DNA of 37,827 bases from a virus, in the UHGV virus genome UHGV-0317053; one strand, given 5' to 3'. The stretch's first letter is position 1. Each line of letters opens with the position of its first letter. The position numbers were made by a program, and so were the translations under genes. Below the pieces are notes generated by a model. The model saw only the letters and a list, made by a program, of their open reading frames with translations, did no database searches and had not been told where the DNA came from. Below are positions 37,329 to 37,827 of this stretch, in pieces.

Positions 37329-37529
37329 ATGCAACACGAACTACAACCTGATTCACTGGTTGATTTGAAATTCATCATGGCTGATACTGGCTTTGGTAAA
37401 ACCTTCATCTATGACCGGATTAAGTCCGGCGACCTGCCAAAAGCCAAAGTTATCCACGGGCGAGCAAGATGGTTATATCGTGACCATTGTGAATTCAAAA
37501 ATAAGCTCTTAAGCCGCGCCAATGGGTAA
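37329..37529 (+). CDS. torI: excisionase / recombination directionality factor (TorI, AlpA-family HTH)
   Basis: 66 aa; matches remembered TorI of KplE1; adjacent to attR. Confidence 0.8.
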   Translation: MQHELQPDSLVDLKFIMADTGFGKTFIYDRIKSGDLPKAKVIHGRARWLYRDHCEFKNKLLSRANG

Positions 37530-37602
37530 AATAGCGGGTAAAATATTTCTCACATCTAAAAAACACCATTCCAATCAATCCCCTGCTACTCCAGGTAGAT
37601 GT

Positions 37603-37617
37603 CTGCAGGGGACACCA
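37603..37617 (+). other. attR core (ctgcaggggacacca)
   Basis: displaced tRNA 3' end with A discriminator and CCA. Confidence 0.8.
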
Positions 37618-37712
37618 TCCTTGTGTTTATCCCTAAAACCACATAAAAACCGTAAATTAAATTCGAACTAGCAGGCCGAATAAGGCACACCAGGAACTCG
37701 TGGTTTTATTCA

Positions 37713-37827
37713 TTATGAAGTGGTTTTTACCTGTTCTCTTAGCCAGGTAATAAACGCTTCAATTTTTGGCCACTGCCTGCCCGGTAATGTGGTGATGTAA
37801 TAATGCTGATGGCATTTCACCGTCATA
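37713..37827 (-). CDS. dsdC: 3' end of LysR-family regulator (DsdC-like), 5' end outside window
   Basis: open frame from window edge to TAA at 37713 (...TTLPGRQWPKIEAFITWLREQVKTTS); K-12 synteny torI-dsdC recalled. Confidence 0.5.
   Translation of the reverse strand, partial: MTVKCHQHYYITTLPGRQWPKIEAFITWLREQVKTTS

Larger units (their letters stand above)
2299..37617. mobile_element. integrated prophage (KplE1/CPS-53-like, SfV-type mosaic), ~35.3 kb, apparently intact
   Basis: Flanked by imperfect direct repeats ctgcaggggac[g/a]cca at the tRNA 3' end and at 37603..37617; contains integrase, excisionase, repressor/cro, replication, Q, lysis, packaging, head and tail modules. Confidence 0.9.

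Overview
The window holds chromosomal mlaA and yfdC, then tRNA-Arg(CCU) (argW, 2239..2313), then an apparently intact ~35.3 kb prophage integrated in the tRNA 3' end (attL core 2299..2313, attR core 37603..37617), and finally the 3' end of a LysR-family gene (dsdC-like). The prophage looks like a complete relative of the E. coli K-12 KplE1/CPS-53 cryptic prophage: intS at attL, yfdP-yfdQ-yfdR-yfdS-yfdT and torI (excisionase) at attR. It is mosaic, SfV-like: HK97-type packaging and head genes, a Mu-type contractile tail and baseplate, a lambda-like lysis cassette, a Q-like late regulator with a pR'/tR' unit, nin-region-like genes, an iteron-bearing replication gene, a CII-like gene, and divergent cro/cI. 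The best candidates for undescribed biology are (1) an AT-rich accessory island next to cI with two convergent overlapping ORFs of unknown function (33540..34152), (2) a ~450 bp GC-rich, highly structured untranslated leader with tandem hairpins and two terminator-like structures upstream of the early-left operon, with no N-like gene (34153..34620), and (3) an AT-rich opposite-strand moron between the lysis and packaging modules (22534..22908). All calls come from reading the sequence and the supplied ORF track plus remembered family knowledge; no searches were run. Coordinates of hairpins and promoter-like elements are hand-derived and may be off by a base or two.
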